DNA of 64,000 nt, from NCBI GenBank assembly GCA_002633005.1, contig NMRA01000081.1, forward strand, positions 313,625-377,624. Reading direction: 5' to 3'. The notes beneath the pieces were generated by a model that was given only the letters and a program-made list of their open reading frames with translations, did no database searches and was not told where the DNA came from. Below, in pieces: positions 1 to 12,751 of the stretch; within the stretch, counting starts at the first letter, position 1, and each line of letters starts with the position of its first letter. The DNA is from Phoronis australis (taxonomy: Eukaryota; Animalia; Phoronida). The position numbers and the translations under genes were made by a program.

Positions 1-368
1 ATTACAGTCAAGAATATTATGAGACCGATTTAATGAGCATAAAAAGCCTAATCCGAGTTTCACTTTTAACCAACTAAACAACGCGAAATGAAGCTTTAAG
101 TTTCAAAAATAACTTGCAATTCATCTAGCAATGTAAGAGAGAACCTGACGAATGATGCTGCCATAATCGAAGGAAAGTTAAGTGCAAGACATATTTTTTA
201 TTCGGTTATGTGACAAATTATATCTTTTATTTTCCATGACGTCACATCTGTCGTCTTATCAAGAGAATGCTACTTTCCAATGACGTAATTTGTAGTTAAA
301 CTGATCTGCTTTCTGATCAGATGTCTTAGCTGCTTTCTAAAAAATCCACGGTATTACATTACACTTAC

Positions 369-534
369 TGTCAATCTTCAAACAGTCAAATCCGTCTCGG
401 TACTCTTCCTCTGTTGCTATTTCGATGTCAACGCCTTGGAATGGTCCATTCTGCCAGTGGGGGTATCTGTAACCTGGCCGGCAAACGCATTCGTACCCAC
501 CTCGAGCGAAACCAAAACCGCTCAGCGGTTGACA
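369..534 (-). CDS. GPR158-like copy 1 exon 3 (EGF-like)
   Basis: cttcag|TGT...GAC A|gtaagt; CQPLSGFGFARGGYECVCRPGYRYP...FDCLKID. Confidence 0.88.
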
Positions 535-3500
535 CTGAAGTGTAAGTAACAAGAACGCCATCTTGTAAACCAAACTAAGGTGAATACGAGTGACACATAA
601 ATCTTTATACTCTCGCGGCCGATACCATTGCACTCACACAAGCTACTGAGCAGGCACATATTACAAACCGAGGCAAAAAAATATAGGCGAACTCTTTCAA
701 TGATTTTATCGTTTGCTAATGATAAAACGAATGCATTCATTCAGAAGCATTGTCTACCAATCTATGTTGCTAGATCTACGCTTCTGATTTACACTATCAC
801 CAATTATAGTATTTCATTTTCTTGAGTTATTCACGAAATTAGATTCAAAAGTACACGTGAACTATAACATTTTAAAATCTCAGCAAAACTATTCATCACA
901 CTTTTTCTATCAGCTTTATCACGACTGAAACAGCTGGTTTGTATCGGAGATAATTTGTAACACAGACCCAGTCACTCAACGGTCTCACAACATATCACGG
1001 TTATTTTGGAAGTTTGGTCATCAAGTTGTTCCGTTTTCTTTGAATTATATGTCTTCACTGGGAAATAGTATTGATTCATAGAATCTTAGCATGGCAAGGG
1101 TGGTCGTAACCTCGAACTCAGACCCTCCCGGGACTATCGTGATTGGGTTAGATCACAATAGACAGATTTTTCTGAAACTGAACGCAGCTCAGGGGCAAAA
1201 CAGTTTAAAGCATAGACGCTTACTATGCTTGCTCCCCGTGTGATCATATTTGAAAACACACAAATAGCAACTACCCTATGAAACAAAATGACGTATTAGT
1301 ATTATTACGACAGTGCGAATGTTGAAGACGATTATTTATGGAATTAATAGAATGTAAGGCTTAATCAAATCTGAGGTCTATTTGTTTTAGCGGGTATGTG
1401 ATTCCACTCCATACAAATTCATAAACATTTTAAGTGACCCACGCAATTCTATTGTGACAATTATACATTTGTTTTAAAGAGGCGAGTGACGTTGTGTAAC
1501 GTGTTACAAACCTAATTATTTGTAATTTTGGCTCATGGCCTTGTGCACTGAATGAATTATTTGGTAGGCTTAATAAACTGGACGGTGACAAAAGGTAATT
1601 ACTAAAACCAGAACAGTATTTATATAAACCCTAGTATTGGAATAGAATTTAACGACAAATTTGATATTAGACATGTTTCGGAAGACTTCTTATGTCCTCA
1701 GGAGCAGACATTAAAATGAAACAACAACATGTTGTTTTGTGACATTTTGGTAACGTTACACACAATTTTCATGACCAGTGTGTAAACATTCCTTTAAATT
1801 ATTCTTCGCTTCTGAAGATGTAAGTTATTAGCTTGCGAACCTGTCAAGCCCGTACCCATTTTTAATAAATATATATGAGTATATTTCTCGTACTCCATTT
1901 CTGTTTTGATTAAATTCAATATTACGAGTTTGTAGCATTGTTCGAATGTACAGAATAGTTCCTGTTAACCAGAGCTATCTAAACCTTGGCCACACGCATA
2001 GTATCTAGGCTCACCTGCGTGGTGGGCTTGCATCTGGCGACCCCGGCAAATATGTTGGGCCCAGGATTGCCAATGCTTTCCGGGCATACATTGATATCTA
2101 TCATGTCCCAGTCTATGTCCATGGTAGCCACAGCAACAAATCTGTAAATACAGCATACGAATCTCGATTTAATGAACCATTTTTGTCATCTGCACGTAAC
2201 ACCAGCACTTCCTGACCGTTATTTTCAGTTACTTGCTGCCTTTGCGTTATGAAAACTTGTCCTCTCTATCGATATGTTAACAAAGTCAAATATTTGTATT
2301 TCAACTGCACTAATCAATAGTTTTATCGAGTGTGAATTTGATAATTTTGCAGTGGTGAAGGAATAGAGCTTTTAGCTTAAAACGGATTCCGTCACCTGCT
2401 GCTGAGCTCAGCTTATCATATCACAAAGTTGTTCACGTAAATTACCGTCACACCGTGAAAGCGAGGTGTAGCAATTAAGCGGATTCTGGTTCATATTACA
2501 ATGGTCAAATGTTGATACAATCTGATATAAACCCACCTCCCGTCACAAAAAATATTTTTGATTTGGACGATCTACCGTTGGTCTCAATTGCACTTAGTCG
2601 GGTGATTTTTGTGTTTGGAAATAGTTGGTAGCTCGTTATGACTTTTAGTATCTTCTATTTATGATTATTTATTTTGTTTCTTCAGTCTCTCCATGTCAGT
2701 TTCATATTCCTTATTGATCATTTTAGTTTTAGTTTTATCTTTCATTTTTGTAAGTCTATTTGTGTGTCTCACTGTCTTTGTATGTTTTTATTGAAGGTCC
2801 CTATGGGAAGCAGTGAAAACTGATGGGTTTGCCCTAATTGTAAATATCACCATAAATAAATAAATAAATAAAAAATACATGACGTGAGACCATCGAATTA
2901 CCTAGTCACGGTGGGTCATTTTAAACGCCAGCGAACTGAACCGTTTAATTAAAACCTAGAAAATGGAAAATCCCTTCTCTTTAAATTATGGACAAACTGA
3001 AATCAGTTTAATACCAATAAACGGTCTAAATCGTAAATCAATTTCTTTGGCGGAACGGTGATATATAGCCGTTTTAAATGTCTGCAGAGTGGACGTACGC
3101 TAGAAAGTGTGAGAAAGAATAAAGTCGTTTTTATCCATCGAAACTCAATGCCAATTTTTTTGCGAAAAAACTACCGTATGTTCCTGAGGTCTTCGGTGGG
3201 CCACGTTTTACAAAATGACTTTATAATAGAACGCTAACAATCTGAATGTATTTTTCAAATGAAATGGGAATGAGAATTAACATTTTCAAAGGCAGATCAA
3301 ACATGTAAAGGCGTTATAAATAATGTCAGGGTAGACATACACTTTCTTCAAAACCAAAAAGGTAACCTTCGCAGGCCATAAAATGTCATATCTTAGTTTC
3401 AATTAAGTGTAATAAAAAACCTCAAATTTCCTGCCGGCTCTTATGTTTCGACGACTGAAACTAACCCGCCGGGGCAATCAACTTATTGACCCTGGACTGA

Positions 3501-5809
3501 ACAAATAACCACCTGTTTCTTCATCGAATTCTGAAAAGCACTTCTAAGTAAGTAAAGAATGATATGAAACCGATTTTATAAGGTTCAGTGGTCTAAATCA
3601 AAATTTTGACAAAGGTGGGGGTTTAGTGAACCTGGCTATTTCCAGTCTTTTCTTACGTTTCCCGTTAGTCACTCGACGTGACTTGATTATTTCAAGTTTG
3701 AAAAGATGATTGTCCAAACCAGGGTTTGAACTTGAGTCTAACTGGACTGCTGCATTCGATCGGTGGCACTGTTAGCACGGCGATCTGCACAATGTTCCAG
3801 GTTTCAAATCGTAATCAGAACTTGATTTTTTCTGTCTTCAAATGTCTATAGATCTAAGTCACGCGATGAGACCCTCAGGAAGCGTGAAAAGAGACTATTG
3901 ATTAATACTTTTGCAGTATCAACGCGCTGATTCATTAGTAATCTACTTTCATTCACCTTAAATTAAGATTTAAAACGTCTTATTACTAAAACTTGAGACC
4001 ACTTCACTTTGGCGCGTTGGTCTCTGTGTTTGTGTGCAGCTTGAACAAATATGCTGAAAGAGGTTATCATTTGGCGCCCCTTAGGATAGTGTAACTGGCA
4101 AACCCGTGTTGCGCAATAATCAAAGATTTCTGCTTGGATACGAAACAATTCACAGGACCTCCAAGAGTCTGGAAAGAATCAGGAGAAACGCAAAAGTAAG
4201 AAGCATGGGTTGCTGACGAGGCACAATTTATTAAAACATGACTTAACTAGGCATCTTCTCTTTTGTAAGTACTACGATTTAACGTACACTTAAAGATGTG
4301 ATTTCTGTGGGATCATACGACAAAAGTCGATGGATGGATGTATTTTCACTTTTGACAACCAACCTAAGCCACGATAGTACTGGTGAAGTCTGTGGAAAAT
4401 AATGACCGCATTCCTTCTCATAGATCATGTGCGTGACTCTGTCTTCGCTTTGTTTGCAGTTTTACATGAGAACTATATTTGAGGAAAACATTGCAACATC
4501 AGTGTGCGTGCCCGACCATAGTAAGTGAAATGCTAAAATAATTCACCTTCTCAGAGGAACGAGGCAAGGATGAGAAAATATTTTTTGAAACAGGCCAATC
4601 AAACAATTCAGTAGTGTGTCAATCGCTTGAAGGGATATTATCGCTTATACGGCCGAAAAACGCATTGCTAGGTTATTGATTGAAGGGATAGACTTTTTGC
4701 TTAAAATAATTTGCCACATAGTGATTAGGATTTAGCTCAGGCAGCAGAGCGTTTGACTGCGGCTTGAAAGTTGCAGTTTTGATTCCGCGTCTACCCAAAA
4801 GTAAGCTAAAATTCTCTTTGAAATCCTAAAACCAGTTGTGTCTATTTAGCAATACCCACCTTTGCGGCGTTTCGCCAAATTCTTTAATGATGTTTTCAGG
4901 CCTGTATCTAGGGATGGCATCGACAATTGGCGCTGCTGCTGACATCATCCACACGTTCCTGCCGCCACAATCAAAATAGGGTAGGGAGTAACGAACTGGT
5001 AAATTCACGTTATCCTGCAGTCTGGTCAGTGGAGGTCCAAAGAAGTTAACGCCTTTGAACGTTTCGTCCTGCCATTTTCCAGGTTTATCCCACTGGGCAT
5101 ATTTCACACCTACTGTATAGGATCCTTTGAGATTGTCGTCAGCAGTGAAATCAGGAAGCCAACTACGGTAGCGAATATGCCTCGCTCCAGACTCTTTGTC
5201 TGTATAATTTCTATGCTTTCCTGCACCCATGTCATTTATGTGTATACGATTCATTGACGGTCCATAAACCCAAAATCTGTTGGGCATAAAGTTCACATTT
5301 CGAGTAGCGCGTGGCGCGAACAACTCCATGGTAGAGTTAAAAGCAATCGAATTTAACCAATTTGGATAAGCGGCCTTGTAGTCAAACTCAGTACTAGAGC
5401 CGTTGATGCATTTGGGAAATGCGGAGATGAACCTTGCTTGCCTCCAATAGTAATACTGTAATCCAGGCTGCTTCCAAAAACCTTGTGTGCCATTTGTCGC
5501 ATTCAGAAACTTAAACGCGTAACTGAAGAAAAAGCCTCTGCTTAAAGCCAAGTCGTGTAGCGCCAACACACAGGTCCTGTTCCTAAAAACCCGTGTGTTG
5601 ACGTCCAACAGCTGGTTTGACTGCGGCAGCATGGACACCGTCTCTGCTGGAAGAGTAAGTTCGGCAGATGTCATCGAGCCGCAGTTACTGTCATCCACTC
5701 CGCTGTACTTTTTCATGATGACATCAAAGGCATCACGACCAACCCAGTCAAATGGACCGCCACATGTTTGAGAAATAAACAAAAACGCTAAGCAAATATG
5801 AAAAATCAT
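369..5809 (-). CDS. GPR158/GPR179-like extracellular-domain protein (Cache + EGF-like Cys-rich), copy 1, 5' three coding exons; continues off left edge
   Basis: Exons 5809-4860, 2141-2015 and 534-369 join in frame with GT-AG sites (phases 2,0,1). Signal peptide MIFHICLAFLFISQTCG; motifs LPYFDCGGRNVWMMSAAAPI, ATMDIDWDMIDINVCP and ARCKPTTQCQPLSGFGFARGGYECVCRPGYRYP are typical of GPR158/179 ectodomains. An acceptor just before the ATG suggests an upstream non-coding exon. Confidence 0.85.
2015..2141 (-). CDS. GPR158-like copy 1 exon 2
   Basis: tttacag|A...CAG|gtgag; FVAVATMDIDWDMIDINVCPESIGNPGPNIFAGVARCKPTTQ. Confidence 0.85.
4728..4797 (+). mobile_element. tRNA-derived SINE head / tRNA pseudogene
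   Basis: A-box tagctcaggcagcagagc, degenerate B-box gttttgattcc. Confidence 0.45.
4860..5809 (-). CDS. GPR158-like copy 1 coding exon 1 (signal peptide + Cache domain)
   Basis: 327-aa ORF, donor CAAAG|GTGGGT at 4860/4859. Confidence 0.88.
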
Positions 5810-7096
5810 GACTTGCTGAAAAAGCGAACTGCAAAGAATGTATAAATGGCCAGGAACTCACTACAAAACATCTATACTTGTGTGGTTCACTCAAACATTG
5901 TCCCATGTCACGTGACCAGACTTCAAGCTTGCACAAGCAACCCAAGGTCGCTTCTGGGCGATATTCATACGCCCGGGGTTCATGCTGCAGTCACTGTGAT
6001 GTGTGTGAAAGCCTCCGGTTTATTTCGGAATCATAGAAGTGATGCGGATCTTTCATTTGTATTCCACTCACGCGACCATATCCTCACAAAGGTGGATATA
6101 ATGTCTGTAACCAAAGTCAATCGATTAGAAGTCGATGTGTTGAACCTATCTGAGGAATCTGGTATCAATGAGCAATAATTATGATCATGTCATTCCCGTT
6201 TCTTTGTAAATTTGTATTTACTGGGATTAATTCCAACATTTTTGACTGAGATTGGGGATTTTTATCACTTGAATTTGCCCTGTGTTAAGGGACTGAACTG
6301 CGCAGAGGTCCACTTTCTTAGTACACAGTCCCCCGGGAATACTGCAACCTGGATCTCAAAACTCCCCTACGTCTCTCAGCCTTGACCAATATATTGTCTT
6401 CGCTTGAGCGGGCACATTTGGCTTTGGGGTATTTTAGGCAAGGAGGACTATTTTCATAAAAAGTCAATCTGAAAAATGTTTGAAAATGTTTGACACAGGC
6501 AGCAACGAATATCATGAAAAGTTAGTAAGACGGTATTTATTCTATGTAAGTAAAAACACTTTGGAAGAATATCTATAAATCTTGTCTTTTAATGTAATGT
6601 TTTAAATCGTGTGCATGCTGCTAGCGTAATATGTTTCACTCGTCCAGTTTAATTCAAAATATGATTTCAAATGACCGTTGGGCTTGAAACACGATTAGAT
6701 AAGCAGGCATGTTTAAAACTGTGGACGTGTTCTTCTAAGACGAACTTTAGCCGTGTATCTAGATTTGTCTCGCATTCAATCGTGTTTGCACTATGATTGT
6801 AATAGTACTTTGGAAAGCATAGGCGTACCTTTATCGGGAGGTTTCACAGATAATGTTGGCTTTTCGATTAGGCGCATATATAAACTTAAAACACACACTG
6901 CTATCTTAGAGATGCTCCTGTCAAGAATGATAGAAAGGCTTAATGTGCGAAAATGGCCTAGACCTACATTTCTTAACCCTATTACCAGCTGCACTAAAGC
7001 TGGGGCCCATTCTGCAGCATCCGGTATGGCGTCCTTATTGCGGTGCTGAGGCAACTGAAATGTCCTCGAAGCGAGTCAAAGTCACTAATAAGCCTG

Positions 7097-7246
7097 CCTC
7101 CCGTTCAGTAAGGCTAGGACCTCGCTAAAAAGCAAGACTTCGTGAGATTACGCGAGAAATTGCCGTGTATTTCAAATGAGAGCACGTGACTTTGGCTAGA
7201 TTTTAGCTAGGTCCAAGCGTAGGTCCAAGCGTTACTGAACGCACGC
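7097..7246 (+). mobile_element. PIF/Harbinger-type MITE, family A
   Basis: Subterminal inverted repeats GTTCAGTAA...TTACTGAAC, CTG target-site duplication; other copies at 27327, 29225 and 30393. Confidence 0.75.
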
Positions 7247-7454
7247 CTGGTATAAGCGTTGAATGCCAGGCATCGTACGAGTTGTGGGGAGGACGTCATG
7301 CAATCGCCGTCATAAATATTACGACTTTCGTTGCGTCTTTGCACGCAATGCACGCGTGGACTGTGTTCATGGTGATGTAACGTTCACACGGCGCTTGTTT
7401 CGGACTCTACTGCGTTCTCACTGAGCTCCCGGTCAGATCCCCGAAATCGGCTAG

Positions 7455-8465
7455 CAGGGTCTCAGCTTGGCAGGTCTCAAAAGTCGTATGCAATCCTTTA
7501 TCTACATCCTGAAATATTGTCATCTCTTGGTAAAGCCTGGTATCGCAGCAGTATCCCGTTGAATTCTACGACATTCTCCATTTTGAGAATCTCACGACGT
7601 GCTGATTGAAATTCGCACATGCACAGCTACAAAAGCACCACCGAGGGATAATTCGAGATTACGAAGATAACCGAGGAGTCCCAGATACCCTGCGCATGAG
7701 CAAACTGCAATCAGAAGAGTATCGACATAGTATTCTTGTGGCAACAGGCTAAAACGTGATAACAGCACAAGGGTCAGACCACACTGAAAATGACGTCGCG
7801 TACGTCTTTTACAAACTTCTAAGCGGATCATAATCATGACTATTAACTGTCGGTTGACCAAACGTCCTTGCTGTTCTGATTGAAGTTCGCACATGGGCAG
7901 ATACAAAACACCGAGGGATAATGTGAGGCTACAAAAACACCTGAGGTGTTCCGGATTTTAGTCGATGTAACGATCACGATGATTAATAACAACTGGAACA
8001 CTTCCCATATTTCCGTATATAGCTTCAAACTCACCAAGAACATCTTGTGCATTTTTATTTCTAAGGTACCTGACGTCATTTTTGCAACCAATCAAACGAG
8101 AATAGATGGAACAGTCTAGTCTCTAGGTATTAGTCTAAAAGTGATTTTGTCAAGAGACAGCTAGCTAAAATCAAGGCTTCATTCTAATAGCAGGTTTCAA
8201 AAGTCGTACGAGAGGGTCATTCGCAGTCCTTGGTCGCCTCCTGATGTACTTGTTTAAGCCCTCTCTCGAAGGTGTATACCGGCACGCTCGACGGCCTATT
8301 CCCATTTTTAGAATCACGTGAGTTGCTGTATTGATTAAAGTTTGCGCATGCGCAGATATGAAACAAGTCGGAGGGATAATTCAAGGTCATGAATATGTCC
8401 GAGTTGTATCGGATACTCTCAGGGATAATTTGAGGCTACGAAAATACCGAAGGTGTATCAGATGA
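7455..8465. repeat. Cluster of related repeats (core ...cacatgcgcagatacaaaacaccgagggataatt...), duplicated at ~20380-21385
   Basis: Core recurs at ~7615, ~7885, ~8345 and ~8420; agcaggtctcaaaagtcgta at ~7469 and ~8189. Confidence 0.6.
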
Positions 8466-9234
8466 TTTTACACATGCTTCCTTTGACACGCAGTCATCAA
8501 CACGACTCCTGTCTTCAGCTAAGTCTGGTGTCAGCCTCTGAATCAGTCGTATAGGCGCATCTGGACTTTGCTGTTGGAAGCGGGGAGCGGGGGTTGGGAG
8601 ATATGCTCTAGATTTCACCGAATTTCATCAACATACATAAAGATGCACTGAAATAGCAATTTCTTAAAGCATTAGATTACCCGTAGACAGCCTTACGGAG
8701 AAGAAAATTTTGCCTTATCATTTGTTCAGTTTACACTATACAGCAGTCATTAACATGGCAGTGAACTCATGAAAAACAGAAAAAATACAATTTGGGCAAT
8801 TATTTTGTTCGACGTTATGGAAACATTACTGTACTCAGTGTGCATTCAGATCACACCTGAGAGAATACCGTTAAACAACATCCCAAAAAGATACTGTGCC
8901 TAGAACATCCGATCACGTGTCTGCTTGAGAGCAAAGTTCGGAAACCATAGCCAAAGGTGTCATCATTCTTGTACTTTTTAGCCACATTTCAAATATTTTT
9001 CACTGTCCCTTAAATGTCTGTAATTGTTTTTTTCTCACAAATGTACCTGTGGTTATATTTCGAAATTTTCCGAAACATTGAGGGCGTTTTCGTTCGTATT
9101 TAACTAACCTGGCTTCATTTGAGACGCCAAAAATGCGCCTTTGTGCATATAATTTAGGACAACTCAACGGGTGAAATTTAGTCAGAAAAGATTATTGCTG
9201 TTTCAAGACATTGCTTAATATTTTCAATAAACAG

Positions 9235-9980
9235 AAGATCCTACACGAGTCTCAGGTTTATGACATGGGCTTGCCGACCGATTTTGACGAAATTTCCAAG
9301 GGGTTTGCCCATGTCATAAACCTTAGATTAGTGTAGGATTTGCTTGATCACATGAATCGTAAAACGATGTTTTTGACGAAAAACTCGGCGTGTCTAAAAC
9401 TTTCAACCACATGACCAAACTTTTGTAAAAATGTAAAGTGAACTCAGTTACTTTTTGTTAAAAGGTTTATTTTAAGCTCAACAATTGTGAATTTCACTCA
9501 GCTTTCGTAACAAATGTTCATGTTAGAATCTAATCAATAGTCTTTGAAGTTGTGATATTAAAACTAAACAAATGTTTATAAATAACAGTCAGCAGGACTT
9601 CCCCGTGCGTGAACCCTGAATTGACCTTGAGACAGCACAGCTTGACAGTCTCAACGCGTTTCTTGAGTTGGGTTCGTCTCCGTTTGAATGAACGTCGGAA
9701 TTTGCCGCCGGAAGATGTGTTCTTTGAAGAAGTTGTTTGCATGTCCTTCAGACTGGGAGTACGTACAGTTGCAACATTCGATTTGTTAATCAAAACCTTG
9801 TCACCTTTCCGGTTGGCGAGTGTTTGGTTGTTGGTAGGCCTATTAATATTAGTGTTTAGCAGACAATAAAATGTAAGGCGTATGAATTTCTACTTTGCAC
9901 TACTTTGCGATTCGCCCATGTAATGTCAAAAAATTATGTACACGGTGTCATTAGCCAGTCGTGTCCTAACACACTTCTGC
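9235..9980 (+). repeat. Dispersed ~750-bp repeat with terminal hairpin, copy 1
   Basis: Inverted homology to 25860-26720; internal palindrome aggtttatgacatgggc...gcccatgtcataaacct. Confidence 0.7.
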
Positions 9981-10059
9981 TGCATGTGATGTCTCAGTAC
10001 AAAATACCCAGACGTCCGTACCGGTGCACAAAATTCTTCTAGTTAAGAAAAGCGCCTAG

Positions 10060-10455
10060 CGTCACTTCGTCAAGTGTATTTCGGACCCGCTGACGCCTCA
10101 ATGACGCGGTCAACCAGTTGTTGAACACGTGTCGATGTTTATAAAAGAACTTATCAGTGTTAAGGTTATGATAGTGCGTTGAACAATTCAATCAAATCGT
10201 CATTATTTTCGCTTTCCATCCCGTTTTCACGACTAGAAAGTCAATTCTTTCTGCCGTGCCATTTCCGAAAACTGTTCGATTCGGAAAGTTGCAAGCGGGT
10301 TATGATTGTTTCAAAAGTATGCGTGAGCATGTAAACTTGTTCCGGAGTAATGCGCGTGATAGAAGCTGTTGCGTTGTGTGGTAATGGTGCGCGCCCGTGT
10401 TAAGATTGAGAATTTGCAACGTTGTGACAATTTGGACCAGCACAACTGCTCTTTC
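10060..10455 (+). promoter_or_regulatory. Candidate core promoter and first exon (possibly of the adenylyl cyclase)
   Basis: Four CRE half-sites (CGTCA/TGACG, 10060-10106), TATAAAAG at 10140-10147, gtaATGg at 10384 with 24 codons to a phase-0 TTC|GTAAGC donor compatible with exon 22160; several upstream ATGs weaken it. Confidence 0.3.
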
Positions 10456-12751
10456 GTAAGCTAACACTAGCGTATTTATTTATCTTGCTTAGAATCACTC
10501 CGATTATCTCCACAGAAGTAACCAGATGCGGTATTTTCATACGAAGAAAAAAATGACATCATCTTGTAATATTGGGAATGAAGAACAATGCCAAGCGACC
10601 CCTTTTTCTGCTTCCCTTTCTCGTAAAGTGTCACTTTGAGGTACTATTTTTAGTGGATTCACGAAATGTTGTCGATTTCGAAGCCATGTTGTTTCGCAGA
10701 TCTAGGTGAGCCGACTCGTGCAGACTATCGCCCAAATGGTGACTAGTTGATGTCCCGATAACACGTTAGTGTCTCTATGGGACAGTATTGGGGAATATGG
10801 CTGTCACACTGGACATGGAAGACAACCACACGGTTCTCGTTATACCTACAGAACACCGGCTTTCTTATCTTATCCATCAATGTACTACTGACAACTCCTG
10901 AACTGGGGTAGTCACGATATACCTCATCAGCAATTTGGTACAGTATTTGGGAAAAACTGAAATCGGAAAGGTAGTAAATATTTAATATTATTTTCCTGAG
11001 ATAAATGTTTATTGGGTTGACTAGGTTCAGCACCCCTCGTGTTCCATACACATTACTTACTAATGCAAAAAGGCTACATTCTATACTCATGTTCATGCAT
11101 AGATTTGAATTCAATCTACATCAATAATGTATTTCAAAACTATTGAATTACCCAAGTTTCACAAAAATGCAGTAACTAGGTAACTTTTGGAGTACATGGA
11201 ATTTTAAGGTTGCCCACCTGTTTAGAACGTAACATGCCATTGTTGATTTGCGATTTAGCGCATTGCCATTTTTGCCTATTTTTGATTACTCCATAAAAAT
11301 TCTTTATTTCCTGAAGTTGCGTTTTACACAAACTTCAAAACACTATTAAAAAGGATATCTACAAATAAAGTAAAGACGAATGTCCAAGTAAACTTAATAA
11401 CTAAAACCTAATTATTCATACCAGAATTTGGGTTTATTTTATTCATTTCTTTATCTGCCGTGTAACGGCTATTGCATTACCTGTATCGGATTCCTTAGCT
11501 AGCTAGCAATCGTAATCAACATATACACAAGTCGTCACTTGGTGTAAGGTGCATGTAAGCCTTAGCTACAATGAATGTTTTGAAATGAAACACGTGCGAC
11601 ACAATAAAACCCGTGCGTCCAATTCATTTTTATCTCTCATAAGAATGTGACAGCTAGTGACAAAATCAGATTTGGGTGGAATCGGTTAAGCGATTAGCAT
11701 CCTGTGAACATGATAAAACTCAGTTAAAGTGACTTCTTATATTCTATGTAATGATAATCAGATAATAAGGTGGACGTTACCAGGGCACCACTTAGCAACT
11801 GACGGGGGAGCACAGGTTAGGCGCATGAATAATTTCATAAGTACCACAACTGTCACTGGTGTGGCATCACAGGTTAGACTCATTCGAAAACGTGCATGTA
11901 AATAACATTAGTTTTCGGCTAAATTAGAAGTTAGAAATGGAAAACAAAAACGATTTTAGAGTGCAGCATGTAAACGACGTTTCGATCTTACTTAAAAGTC
12001 GTCCTCAGGTACAATAGTAGACAAAAACAAAATATCGTAACAGAATTAGATTAATATTGAAACATTGTTCTCAAACATGCATGTGCCATCGTTTTCTCGA
12101 TGGAAACGCTTTGGCCAAATTTCATGAAATTTCACCAAAGATATCTAGTTATAGAAATTGTCACCAGGGGATCTGCAGTAGTCAAAATATCTAAAAATTG
12201 ACGTCACCATAGAAACAGATTTTCAAAAATCAATGAAACGCCTTTATGAGATTCACGAGATACGACACTGTAAAATAGGCGTCGATATGTCTTTTCTATC
12301 GGCTGTGGCTTGAAAACAAACAAAAAGTCCATATTTTAATCAGACAGCAAACTGATGAAAAGTATCATTGGAAATCACCAGCACTCTGCAAACTGCCCCC
12401 CCCCCCNACATATTCCACCTGGATGTATGTGCACACAATTTCTTTCAAGATCCGAGTCGGTGAAACCCGTGTCGACCTTTTGGTGCTCTCGTGTAATGAC
12501 AGTTAACACTTATGAACTATGTTAGAGAAACGTGACACAAAAAGAATAAGTTTCAAAACACGGAGACTAGTTATTCTACACTGAAAACACACCGTTATTG
12601 AAACAGGGACAAAAACATTTCAGTTTTTGACAGATGAGCGTATGAATGTACATGGCAGCAGACAAGGAGAGAGTCTGTAATTGAACATTTACGGCTGCAC
12701 GTGTCCTTGTTAGAGCAGAAATTTCTTTTCACAAATCAGTTTCTGACTTAC

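Noticed and set aside
4728-4797. Functional tRNA gene (also 18510 and 44995)
   Set aside because: Stems and B-box are degenerate; consistent with SINE heads
9530-9869. Overlapping ORFs (also 25969-26310)
   Set aside because: They lie in a dispersed repeat, frames are not conserved between copies, and no domain is recognisable
10743-11114. 123-aa minus ORF as the missing last exon of the Cache pseudogene
   Set aside because: Lacks the expected C.P..G.GF..GGY.C.C..GY motif
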